A stretch of 52,120 nucleotides of DNA from Candidatus Shapirobacteria bacterium (GCA_016188545.1 JACPHO010000003.1:1-52120); one strand, 5' to 3'; numbered from the stretch's first letter, positions 17,648 through 25,769 are shown. The notes: generated from the letters alone by a model not told the origin. Numbers and translations: made by a program.

Positions 17648-17750
17648 AAGAAATATATGTTTGCGAAGTAACAATTTTCGAGCGAATTGAACGTGCGTCG
17701 CACATTCACCTGAGCGGAGAAAATTTGTTACGAACAAAAAACATATTTTC
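17648..17750. repeat. Long imperfect hairpin / inverted repeat between the two comEC ORFs
   Basis: Arms of about 45 nt (gaaatatatgtttgcgaagtaacaattttc versus gaaaatttgttacgaacaaaaaacatattttc) flank the central palindrome gtgcg-t-cgcac (17693-17703). The right arm overlaps the upstream ORF's stop codon. Confidence 0.6.
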
Positions 17751-18694
17751 TATTTAACTTGGGTTTCTATTTTCATTAACCAATAAAATAAAATCAAATA
17801 ATATCCCACTAACATCCACCAATTAAACTCCACCTGTACCCCACTATTCTGTCCCCCAAACTCCGCCACCCTCCTAAGATAAGTCAACGATGGTATCGTC
17901 AGCCACAAAATCGCTTTACCCAGTGCCAGCCACCACAACCCCAAAATAATTCCCACTGCACCCACCACGCTAACCACCCCCACCAATCCCAAAACTAGCA
18001 TGTTTGTCAGTGGTGATATCAAACTTATATTTCCAAAAACTAGCGCTAATATCGGCGTTATCCACACATTTACCCAAACGGTTTGCAAAAATATCAAAGA
18101 AATTTCAAAAAATATTTTTTTTAATTTATTTCTTCTGATTCCTAATTCATAATTCCTAATTCCTAATTTTCCTGTCACTATCCCCAAGAACGCCGTTATC
18201 GACAACCAAAAACTAACACTAACTATTACCATCGGTTCTCCGATTATCATTATCGTTATTGCCAGTCCTAAACCTCTGACAAGATTATATTTTCTACCCA
18301 GTAGTTGCGCCCAATATAGTATTGATAGTAGCAGCATCGCTCGTACTACTGGCACCTCCCACCCCACTAACATTACGTACTTCCAACCCATCACTAGACC
18401 CAAAACTATTGCCCATTTTCGGCCTACCCATGACGCCAAACTCTCTATCACACCTCCTATCAACAACATCACATTACTGCCAGACACCACCACCAAATGA
18501 ATTAGACCACTGTTGATTAACATCTTTTGAAAATCTCTTCCTAATCCGCTCTTATCACCTAAAATTATTCCTGATAATAGCCCAGCTTCTGAATAAGGCA
18601 TGCTGTTATTAATTACTCCTGACATTTTTTCCTTACTTACTGTTAAAATAAACCAAACTAAGATCAAAACAAACACCACTCTTGCCCATCTCAT
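17750..18694 (-). CDS. comEC: ComEC/Rec2 competence channel domain protein (separate ORF)
   Basis: Polytopic membrane protein with GLLSGIILGDKSGL...GLIHLVVVSGSNVMLL, typical of the Competence domain. The start overlaps the comEA stop (ATGA). Confidence 0.8.
   Translation of the reverse strand: MRWARVVFVLILVWFILTVSKEKMSGVINNSMPYSEAGLLSGIILGDKSGLGRDFQKMLINSGLIHLVVVSGSNVMLLIGGVIESLASWVGRKWAIVLGLVMGWKYVMLVGWEVPVVRAMLLLSILYWAQLLGRKYNLVRGLGLAITIMIIGEPMVIVSVSFWLSITAFLGIVTGKLGIRNYELGIRRNKLKKIFFEISLIFLQTVWVNVWITPILALVFGNISLISPLTNMLVLGLVGVVSVVGAVGIILGLWWLALGKAILWLTIPSLTYLRRVAEFGGQNSGVQVEFNWWMLVGYYLILFYWLMKIETQVK
18138..18165. repeat. Heptamer tandem repeat (attccta x4, one variant) inside comEC
   Basis: attccta attcata attccta attccta, translated on the minus strand as GIRNYELGIR. 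Confidence 0.9.
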
Positions 18695-19422
18695 AGTCCC
18701 ACCTTATCTTTTATTTTTTCAAACATTTTATCGCCGATCCCTGATACTAATTTCAATTCATTAATATTTCGGAATCCTCCGTTCTTTTGACGGTATTCAA
18801 TTATTTTTGAAGCGATAGATGGACCCACCCCTTCCAATTTATCCAACTCCTCTATCCCTGCAATATTAATATTTATTAATCCACCATCCACTGCCCCTAA
18901 AATACCGGTCGTTTTGGTTGTTTTTGTGTTCTCATTCCTAATTCCTAATTCCTCATTCCTAATTTTTTTAGGTATATATATCTTCTCTCCATCATTAATT
19001 CTTTTGGCCCGATTGATATTTTTCTCCACCCAGTCTCGATCCGCACTCGCCGACAACCCTCCCGCCACCACCATAGCATCACTAATTCGACTGTCTCCTC
19101 CTAACCTATAAACCCCTGGTTTTATCACCTCACCTGATATATCAAATGTTACTTTATTATAACCTTGTGTAACACTATCGGTTTCCTTACCCTTAATTAA
19201 TTCTACTTTTGTTTTATCAATTTTCGACTTAATTCCCAACCCTATTCCAACTGTAATTAGAGCCAACCCTACCGCCAGCATTCCATCCATTACTCCAAAC
19301 TTATGTGAGTTTTCGTACACATTACCAATATACTCCAAAATGCTAAACTGGTATATGCAAAGAAATCCTACCTTATTACTTCTCTTTCTTTCCCCAGTAA
19401 TTTCCTTTGTCATATCACTCAC
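18691..19422 (-). CDS. comEA: ComEA DNA receptor (TM + SLBB + tandem helix-hairpin-helix)
   Basis: SLBB-like VTFDISGEVIKPGVYRLGGDSRISDAMVVAGG. C-terminal HhH pair INIAGIEELDKLEGVGPSIASKIIEYR..INELKLVSGIGDKMFEKI. The true start is probably ATG 19290 or 19281 (MDGMLAVGL..), which removes the overlap with ORF 19340. Confidence 0.88.
   Translation of the reverse strand: MSDMTKEITGERKRSNKVGFLCIYQFSILEYIGNVYENSHKFGVMDGMLAVGLALITVGIGLGIKSKIDKTKVELIKGKETDSVTQGYNKVTFDISGEVIKPGVYRLGGDSRISDAMVVAGGLSASADRDWVEKNINRAKRINDGEKIYIPKKIRNEELGIRNENTKTTKTTGILGAVDGGLININIAGIEELDKLEGVGPSIASKIIEYRQKNGGFRNINELKLVSGIGDKMFEKIKDKVGL
18934..18961. repeat. Heptamer tandem repeat (attccta x4, one variant) inside comEA
   Basis: attccta attccta attcctc attccta, translated on the minus strand as IRNEELGIRN. 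Confidence 0.9.
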
Positions 19423-19996
19423 TCCCCTATCTCACTACACCCCCCAACTCATTGCCCTGTCAACAATTCTTTTTATCGTGTTCATCCGACTAAAGCTCTC
19501 CACCATTCCCCTAATTTCCTTAGTCGCATCACTGATAGTTTTTACCTCCGGTGGCCTATCCTCTCCTTTTTACTTTTTAATCTATTTTCTCCTCTTCTCG
19601 GCCTCTTTTACTATTTCCCCCATCTTTTCACTTCTTTTTTCACTCGTCCTTGTCTTGCTACTTGGTCAAACTCTTAACAACCCCTCCTCCCTCCTATCTC
19701 TGACCTCTTTACTTTTCATTACTCCACTAGTCTGGCTGGTCAGTCGCGAGTCAGTCTCAGCAGCCAAGTCTATCAATACCATCGCCCGGGATGAGACTGA
19801 TTTTCTGCTCTGGATCAACCTCAAGTTTAAAACCGGTATCACTACTATCATTGATCTCGCTTCTCAACTTCAAAGCACCCCCCTTACCTACACTCAAAGA
19901 ACCCAGATCAAAAAGATCAAGGACAGCGCCCACTCCCTCTTAAATTCCTCTCAGAAATTAACAACAGAAATTAGCAATGAAGACGGTGAATTATGA
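19340..19996 (+). CDS. Polytopic membrane protein with a C-terminal helical region (218 aa)
   Basis: At least 4 hydrophobic helices. The C-terminal helix loosely resembles a HisKA dimerisation helix but has no conserved His. It is the only long ORF covering this interval. Confidence 0.5.
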   Translation: MLNWYMQRNPTLLLLFLSPVISFVISLTPLSHYTPQLIALSTILFIVFIRLKLSTIPLISLVASLIVFTSGGLSSPFYFLIYFLLFSASFTISPIFSLLFSLVLVLLLGQTLNNPSSLLSLTSLLFITPLVWLVSRESVSAAKSINTIARDETDFLLWINLKFKTGITTIIDLASQLQSTPLTYTQRTQIKKIKDSAHSLLNSSQKLTTEISNEDGEL

Positions 19997-20021
19997 TTTA
20001 CGATTTATGATTTATGAATAA
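19994..20021. repeat. Heptamer array tgattta/cgattta/tgattta/tgaataa spanning the start of ORF 20014
   Basis: Four 7-nt units. The last two contain the ATG (20014) in the context acgatttATGAATAAA, identical to the context at 31158. Confidence 0.85.
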
Positions 20022-20808
20022 ACCAAAAAGATTCTTATCTTATTCGTATTTCATACATCATATTTCATACATCACCTTCTGTCTTGTTTTATTCATACTT
20101 CTTACATCATACTTCTTACTTCATGTTGAGCGTGTAAGCGCTCAACATTTCACCTCCTCTTCTTACATCATCGACTGGGGAAACTTTAATATCACCTCCG
20201 GTAAAAAAGCTTCCACCAACTATTCTCTGACTGATACTGTCGGTCAAAATGCTCCTGGACCTTATCAAAGTACCGGTTATAAGGTCAAATCAGGTTTTCA
20301 GTACATCTACGAAACCTTTAATCAATTATCTTTTGTCATTGACAATCTCGATATAAGCTTAGGTAGTCTTACCGCCGGTATTGCCTCAACTGCCACCAAT
20401 ACTGTTACCATTAGCACTCCCTCGGGACACGGTTATCAGATCCTGACCCAATATAACCATCCCCTTTCCCTTACTTCTGGTACTACTATTCCTAATACCA
20501 GTTGTGACTCTGGTCTATGTACTCCCACTTCCTCTGCAGTTTGGAGTTCTGCCGCTATCTATGGCTTTGGATTTAATGTCATTGGGATTAATAGTAGCGC
20601 GGTGGCCACTGGTATTGGCACTAGCAATTTTTTTTCCAACTCTACCTACTTCCGCCCATTTTCTTCCACTGGACAAGTCGTCATGTCTGAAAGCTCACCG
20701 GTTCAAAATCGCTCTGCTCGAGTTTCTTATAAGACCAATATCTCTTCTACTCAATCGGCCGGCAGTTACCAAAATGCCATAATATTTACTGCAGTTCCTA
20801 ATTATTAA
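20014..20808 (+). CDS. Secreted beta-rich surface protein, WxL/SCPU-like (small paralog)
   Basis: Signal peptide (..HVERVSA-QH). S/T/N/G-rich beta pattern. C-terminus TQSAGSYQNAIIFTAVPNY parallels the C-terminus of ORF 29638. The family assignment is tentative. Confidence 0.6.
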   Translation: MNKPKRFLSYSYFIHHISYITFCLVLFILLTSYFLLHVERVSAQHFTSSSYIIDWGNFNITSGKKASTNYSLTDTVGQNAPGPYQSTGYKVKSGFQYIYETFNQLSFVIDNLDISLGSLTAGIASTATNTVTISTPSGHGYQILTQYNHPLSLTSGTTIPNTSCDSGLCTPTSSAVWSSAAIYGFGFNVIGINSSAVATGIGTSNFFSNSTYFRPFSSTGQVVMSESSPVQNRSARVSYKTNISSTQSAGSYQNAIIFTAVPNY

Positions 20809-20830
20809 GATAAAGACTTATTTATTATTA

Positions 20831-20858
20831 ATTCCTAATTCTTAATTTTTAATTATTA
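20831..20858. repeat. Heptamer array (attccta attctta attttta attatta) filling the 20808-20862 intergenic spacer
   Basis: Four 7-nt units with period att..ta ending 3 nt before ATG 20862. Confidence 0.8.
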
Positions 20859-20861
20859 ATT

Positions 20862-21692
20862 ATGTTTAGTGCCACTCTCAAACCAGCTCAAGTCGAACTA
20901 GTTGCTCGTCCAGGAATCAATCTGACCCAAGCCTACAATGTGGTCAATAATAGCAGTTCCCCCATTGTTGTCTCCGCCTCAGTTCTACCTTGGAAACCCA
21001 AAGGCACTGACGGCTCGGTCAACTATGAAGGTGTCCCCACTTCCCCCAATTTTGAATTTTCACTAGCCAATTCTGATCTTCGTCTTAATCAATCTTTTGT
21101 TCTCCGTCCTGCTGAAAATCGCCAGCTTGTTCTCAAAATAAAATCCAATTCAGCCACCCCAGTCGGTGATAACTATTTTACTTTTTTTATCAATCAAGAT
21201 CAGAGTGGTCAACTCAATTCCGACTCTACCGGCGGCCAAGCCACTGGACGTCTCGGCTCCCATTTACTTATCTCTACTGCTAACACCGAAGACCCACCAT
21301 CAACTTTAAAAACAGCCAGCATTACTCTATCACCTCGATTTACCGATATTTTTTTTCCCCGTGTTAACATTAATGGAATTATTAGTAACGAGTCTGATTA
21401 TTTCGCCAAAGCTACCGGCAAAGTTACAGTCTCTCACCGCGGAAAAATTGTTACTGAAACCGAGCTTTTTCCTCATAATGTCCTATCTCACTCCGACCGT
21501 TCTCTCGCTTGTCTATCCAATAACGAACCAATTCCCTGTATTCTTCACCCCCCCTTTTGGCCCGGGGTTTACACCGTCACTATTAACAATCAGTCTGCCA
21601 ACTTTTATGTCCTGCCATTTTCACTAATAATTTTTGGAGTTTTCGTTGGTAGTTTTATCTACTCACTAATCAAAAAGAGTAGCCGTACCTAA
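20862..21692 (+). CDS. Ig-like/PapD- or DUF916-like surface protein with C-terminal TM anchor (small paralog)
   Basis: Beta-sandwich-like pattern (LKPAQVELVARPGINLTQAYNVVNNSSSPIVVSA ... FVLRPAENRQLVLKIKSNS). C-terminal TM plus basic tail (FSLIIFGVFVGSFIYSLIKKSSRT). Same architecture as ORF 31158. Confidence 0.6.
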   Translation: MFSATLKPAQVELVARPGINLTQAYNVVNNSSSPIVVSASVLPWKPKGTDGSVNYEGVPTSPNFEFSLANSDLRLNQSFVLRPAENRQLVLKIKSNSATPVGDNYFTFFINQDQSGQLNSDSTGGQATGRLGSHLLISTANTEDPPSTLKTASITLSPRFTDIFFPRVNINGIISNESDYFAKATGKVTVSHRGKIVTETELFPHNVLSHSDRSLACLSNNEPIPCILHPPFWPGVYTVTINNQSANFYVLPFSLIIFGVFVGSFIYSLIKKSSRT

Positions 21693-22430
21693 TCACCAAG
21701 CGGCCGGTGCCATCTCAGCCATCTGTTGTAGTACTTCTCTTGATATCACCCATGCCATAAAATCTTGGCTATATTGTTTAATATCTCCATAAATCATATC
21801 TTCAAACAAACAACCTCGAATCATTTCCGTTCGTAACAAAAAATCTTTTATGTGCTCAAAATGATTAACATAATCGTCAACCACCCTCCAGTCAATCTCA
21901 CTCCCAAATTCGACTCCATTTGGACCATACCGATTTAATCCAATCATGGTCATCGAATGTTCTGCTATAAAGTCAAAAATATTTGTAATCCTAGCATCTT
22001 CACCCTCTTTAGGAATTCTCCTCCCAGGCATATCACAAATTACCATTTCCGGTCGGTTACCACCCTCAAAAACTTTTGCCAAGTTATCAATTGCCAATCT
22101 TGCGTTCCAAAGAGGCTTATTCTGTTCTTCTTTTCGATCATCTCTTTTAAATCTATCAAGTATTTTTTCGATTGCCTCTTTTCTTGTTAAATCATATGGA
22201 TTCTCGCCAAGCTCAGCCCAGTAGATATCCAAATTGTCATCCGAAAACCCACTCATTGCCACCACTTCCATCCCCATTCGTCTTAATTCAACTGCCAACA
22301 TTGTCTTACCTTGCATTGAAAATTTTCCCAAAGAAATCAACCCCGGAATATTTATATCTTCAGCCGGCCGGCCATATCTTTTCTCCAGCTCTTCAGACGT
22401 TGTTCCTTTATTCATAACCTCATCAACCAC
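21693..22430 (-). CDS. Hypothetical protein; the frame stays open upstream to 22526 and there encodes a PRPP-loop-like motif
   Basis: The GTG start at 22430 cuts the in-frame upstream sequence ..KVLKLPGIIVVDEVMNKGTTS.. (phosphoribosyltransferase-like hhhhDE.h..GTT). This is probably the 3' part of a longer, disrupted gene. Confidence 0.55.
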   Translation of the reverse strand: MVDEVMNKGTTSEELEKRYGRPAEDINIPGLISLGKFSMQGKTMLAVELRRMGMEVVAMSGFSDDNLDIYWAELGENPYDLTRKEAIEKILDRFKRDDRKEEQNKPLWNARLAIDNLAKVFEGGNRPEMVICDMPGRRIPKEGEDARITNIFDFIAEHSMTMIGLNRYGPNGVEFGSEIDWRVVDDYVNHFEHIKDFLLRTEMIRGCLFEDMIYGDIKQYSQDFMAWVISREVLQQMAEMAPAAW

Positions 22431-22507
22431 AATTATTCCCGGCAGTTTTAATACTTTATTTGCAAAAGTAATTCGCTCAATTTCGTCATTTGTAAATTTT
22501 CTAAATT

Positions 22508-22753
22508 CTACCGGTGGATCAGCCTGTCAAAATCAACAAACCACGGCAGATACGATTCACCAATGCTGTTAACTGTCTGATCAATATATAGTGGCGACTG
22601 CTCTGGGCCAACATCACAATATCTCATTACGTGCGTGTTCAACTCACCCACCATTGCTGGCTGAAAATGCGATAAATCTCTTAGTTGTTTCTCTTGTAAG
22701 GCAGATAAATGTTGTCCTTGAAAATACCCATCTAAGGCATCTGCTCGACTCAT
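22508..22753 (-). CDS. Hypothetical 81-aa ORF, possibly the 5' part of the downstream gene
   Basis: The start overlaps the stop of ORF 22750-23679 (ATGA). It ends 16 nt after the downstream gene's frame opens. Confidence 0.45.
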   Translation of the reverse strand: MSRADALDGYFQGQHLSALQEKQLRDLSHFQPAMVGELNTHVMRYCDVGPEQSPLYIDQTVNSIGESYLPWFVDFDRLIHR

Positions 22754-23679
22754 AATTTAGCTAATTTATAGCCAACTTTCGGTATAGTCTCAATTTTATA
22801 TTTAGTTAATTTTTCTGATAGTCTTCTCATTGCCTTGTTAATCGCCTGGTCAGAGTACTCATCATACTTTCCCTCACCCCATTTAATATCTGATACCTCT
22901 TCCTTTGTTATTTTTCCCTCATTATCAAGCATCTTTTCAATTATCTTCTTTTCATACAAAGAAACTTTTATATCGCCTTCATCCCTGTTTTCTTTTATAG
23001 ATAAGTCAAATCCAATCTTTATATCAAAACCTAAACCACTATTTTTATTATTATCAACTAGCAGTTTGCTAATAATTTTGTCACCAGTCATAAGACCTAG
23101 TTTCTCTAAATCTACTGGTGAACATTTGTTAATAACTTTTAGTATTGGCTCTAAAACATAACTTACCTGGTCTTTGTCACCCACCAATTCGTACTTCACC
23201 AACTGTGGCAGACCTCCTGACTGAATCATAATTTCTTCTAATTGTTTTTTATCCACTTTTTCTCCCATTTCCAATATCATTTCTCCAACTTCAACCTCGA
23301 CCATCGCTCTTATCCAAATTATTTTATATAAATGTCCCTTAAAAAAACTTTTTTTAAAGTCAATCTGTTCAAAAATAAATGGTGTATTAATCGCTACTGC
23401 TACACTCTGCCCTGATCCAGCCTTGTGAAAATAATCTTCTGTCCAACTCAAAGCATCATCATGTAAATCATAAGCCAAATCAAGAATACTAAAATCAGCC
23501 AGATCTTCACCTGGACTACTTATATATTTTACTTCTGAGTTTTCTCTAGCGTATTTTTTGAGTAATCTAGAACTTCCCATTCCCGGAACTGAAACTACTG
23601 CGACATTATATTTAAGTTTTTTGGCAGCATCTAGTTCTTTTTTTAATTCTGAATATCTATCACTTATCACCAAAGACAT
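22750..23679 (-). CDS. ATPase-like N-terminal domain + OmpR/PhoB-type winged-helix DNA-binding protein
   Basis: The C-terminus YDEYSDQAINKAMRRLSEKLTKYKIETIPKVGYKLAKL is typical of Trans_reg_C. The N-terminus has a degenerate P-loop (VSVPGMGSSRLLKKYA). Confidence 0.72.
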   Translation of the reverse strand: MSLVISDRYSELKKELDAAKKLKYNVAVVSVPGMGSSRLLKKYARENSEVKYISSPGEDLADFSILDLAYDLHDDALSWTEDYFHKAGSGQSVAVAINTPFIFEQIDFKKSFFKGHLYKIIWIRAMVEVEVGEMILEMGEKVDKKQLEEIMIQSGGLPQLVKYELVGDKDQVSYVLEPILKVINKCSPVDLEKLGLMTGDKIISKLLVDNNKNSGLGFDIKIGFDLSIKENRDEGDIKVSLYEKKIIEKMLDNEGKITKEEVSDIKWGEGKYDEYSDQAINKAMRRLSEKLTKYKIETIPKVGYKLAKL

Positions 23680-23704
23680 ATCTCAATATATCACAATCTA
23701 AAGC

Positions 23705-23767
23705 CAAAACTTTGTCCGCTCTTTGTCCCCCAAAAGTCCTGAATATAACAACCTATTATAAGATAAT
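23705..23767. promoter_or_regulatory. 63-bp repeated divergent promoter/operator element, copy A
   Basis: 54/63 identical to 25682-25744. Contains GTCC at 23714, 23725 and 23736 (11-bp period). attataagataat reads TATAAT on the minus strand. Confidence 0.7.
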
Positions 23768-23901
23768 AACCTCAACTTAGTTGGAGAAATCCAATAAGAC
23801 AGTCCTCGCTTTGAGGCAGAAAGCCCACTCCCTGCAGTGCCAACTTTCAGCAGTACCTTAAAAATCAGCGTGTGAAATTTCAAATCTCAAGGAGAGATAA
23901 A

Positions 23902-24387
23902 ATGAAACTCAAGACCCTGCTCGTATTGTGCCTAATGTCCCTCGCCATTGATCGATTTGGCGGCATCCAGTTGTTTTACGACCTCAACGACTTCTTCTAT
24001 CTCAGCGACAGATTTAACAGGGCATATATCATCATCAGCAACCTGCTCTTCTCATCGGGGATTTTCTGGCAATTCGGCTTCCCGGTCTTTTTCGGAAGCT
24101 TGTTCCCCAAAACATCTCGCACCACCTGGTTGGTTTGGATCTTGGCAGTTGTATCGATCACATCCTTTCTAATTCAGGATCTATGGAGGTGGGACGTTTA
24201 CGCAGAACAACTGTGGTGGTGGGGCAATGCTAACGACTGGATATTCGACTCAATCAGATTCCTAAAGACATTCGCCTGGATATTCTACGGCGGGCTGGTA
24301 TTTCAAAAACTAACCAGAGGTATCGATTTTTCCAAGTTCACCTCAACCAGTTTTAAAGATTGGTATGCCAGCCTATCCCAGGAATAA
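23902..24387 (+). CDS. Integral membrane protein (161 aa from ATG 23902)
   Basis: Strong Shine-Dalgarno AAGGAGAG 7 nt upstream of ATG 23902 (the ORF-track GTG at 23872 is less likely). At least 4 hydrophobic, Trp-rich helices. Visibly higher GC than its neighbours. Confidence 0.65.
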   Translation: MKLKTLLVLCLMSLAIDRFGGIQLFYDLNDFFYLSDRFNRAYIIISNLLFSSGIFWQFGFPVFFGSLFPKTSRTTWLVWILAVVSITSFLIQDLWRWDVYAEQLWWWGNANDWIFDSIRFLKTFAWIFYGGLVFQKLTRGIDFSKFTSTSFKDWYASLSQE

Positions 24388-24423
24388 ACTTCTTCACACC
24401 CGCTGTTCCAGCACCCTGTTTTT

Positions 24424-24445
24424 GAGAGAGGCAATTGCCTCTCTC
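24424..24445. terminator. Perfect palindromic hairpin between convergent genes
   Basis: gagagaggc-aatt-gcctctctc (9-bp stem) lies between stop codons at 24387 (+) and 24471 (-). The T-tract is on the upstream side only, so terminator function is uncertain. Confidence 0.4.
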
Positions 24446-24470
24446 ACTAATAGGTGTGCTGGTAAAAATT

Positions 24471-25616
24471 TTATTCCCCCACAAACTTCAACCAATTATC
24501 TCTATTTATTATTTCAGCTACTGAGTTTGGATAATATTCTCCAAACTGTTTGATCGACCGCGACGCATTTTTACCCCACTTAAATTCAAACCCTTGCAAC
24601 TTACCACCAGCCTCCTCAATATAATCAAGTTCTGCTCCACTTTTTAATCTCCAAAAATACTGACTTTGATATTCACGCTGATAAGCTTTTTTTTTCATTC
24701 TTTCTACAATTAAAAAATTTTCCCACAATTGACCGACATCATTTCTCTCAGCCAAAAAACTTAAATTTCCAATTATTGCATTCCTTATTCCCAGATCATA
24801 AAAAAATATCTTGTCCATTTTTGATACCTCTTTTCTCAAATTTCGACTAAACCCGCTCAGGCGAAACACAACATAAGATTTTTCTAGTAAGTCAATATAT
24901 CGATCAACTGTATCCCGGCTTAGACCCAAGTTGCCAGCCAATTCATTTATAGATACTTGCCCACCAATTTGAAATGCCAATAATTTCAATAAATCTCTGA
25001 TCTTATTAGAATTCTTTATCCCATCAAACTCCAATAGATCCTTGTATAAATAGTTGTCAGTTACATTTTGTAAATACTCTGCTATATCCTGAGCTCCTTC
25101 CAGTGAAAATACCTCTGGATATGAACCAAAAATCAACCTCTGTTCCAACTGAGTCATCCTCTCTGCTGTTGTTATTTTTCTACTCAACTCCAGTTGAGAA
25201 ATAGGATACAACTTATATGTGTACACTCTCCCCGTTAATGGCTCACTAACTTTGCTTTGTAAATCCAATGACGATGACCCGGTCACTATTACCTTAAGTC
25301 TCGGTATTTCATCAAGTATTATCTTCAGAGACAACCCTATTTCTGGTATCCGTTGTGCCTCATCAACAAACAACGCTTCATAATTCGATAGCCACAGCTT
25401 CATTTTATCGATATCTCTACTTTCCAGCACATTCCTCCATTCTCCGCTTTGATCTCCGTTCACTATCGCTGTCTTCCAGCCTGACTCTGTCAAAATATCA
25501 TTTACTAAGGTAGTTTTACCTGCCTGTCGTGGACCAAGCACAATTATCCCCTTTTTGCTCTTCGTAAAGTGCTCTTGGATATCCTTTTTGATAGCTCTTT
25601 CAATTTTCATATTCAA
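24471..25616 (-). CDS. AAA_14-type ATPase with DUF4143-like C-terminal domain
   Basis: Walker A GPRQAGKTT; Walker B ALFVDEAQ. Length and C-terminal pattern (..ENFLIVE..YFWR...GAELDYI) are typical of this family. Confidence 0.82.
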   Translation of the reverse strand: MNMKIERAIKKDIQEHFTKSKKGIIVLGPRQAGKTTLVNDILTESGWKTAIVNGDQSGEWRNVLESRDIDKMKLWLSNYEALFVDEAQRIPEIGLSLKIILDEIPRLKVIVTGSSSLDLQSKVSEPLTGRVYTYKLYPISQLELSRKITTAERMTQLEQRLIFGSYPEVFSLEGAQDIAEYLQNVTDNYLYKDLLEFDGIKNSNKIRDLLKLLAFQIGGQVSINELAGNLGLSRDTVDRYIDLLEKSYVVFRLSGFSRNLRKEVSKMDKIFFYDLGIRNAIIGNLSFLAERNDVGQLWENFLIVERMKKKAYQREYQSQYFWRLKSGAELDYIEEAGGKLQGFEFKWGKNASRSIKQFGEYYPNSVAEIINRDNWLKFVGE

Positions 25617-25681
25617 TTATACAAATAAAGGTGCGCTTGTGCAAACACATTAGCACAAAGACAGCTACTTGTACGATCAAA

Positions 25682-25744
25682 CAAACTTTTGTCCGCCATT
25701 TGTCCCTCAAAAGTCCTGAATATATTTAACTATTATAAGATAAT
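25682..25744. promoter_or_regulatory. 63-bp repeated divergent promoter/operator element, copy B
   Basis: Same orientation as copy A. GTCC at 25691, 25702 and 25713. Lies between the ATPase gene (minus) and ORF 25770 (plus). A 14-nt partial third copy (attataagataata) is at 27033-27046. Confidence 0.7.
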
Positions 25745-25769
25745 GTACTTATTAACTATTAATTAACTC

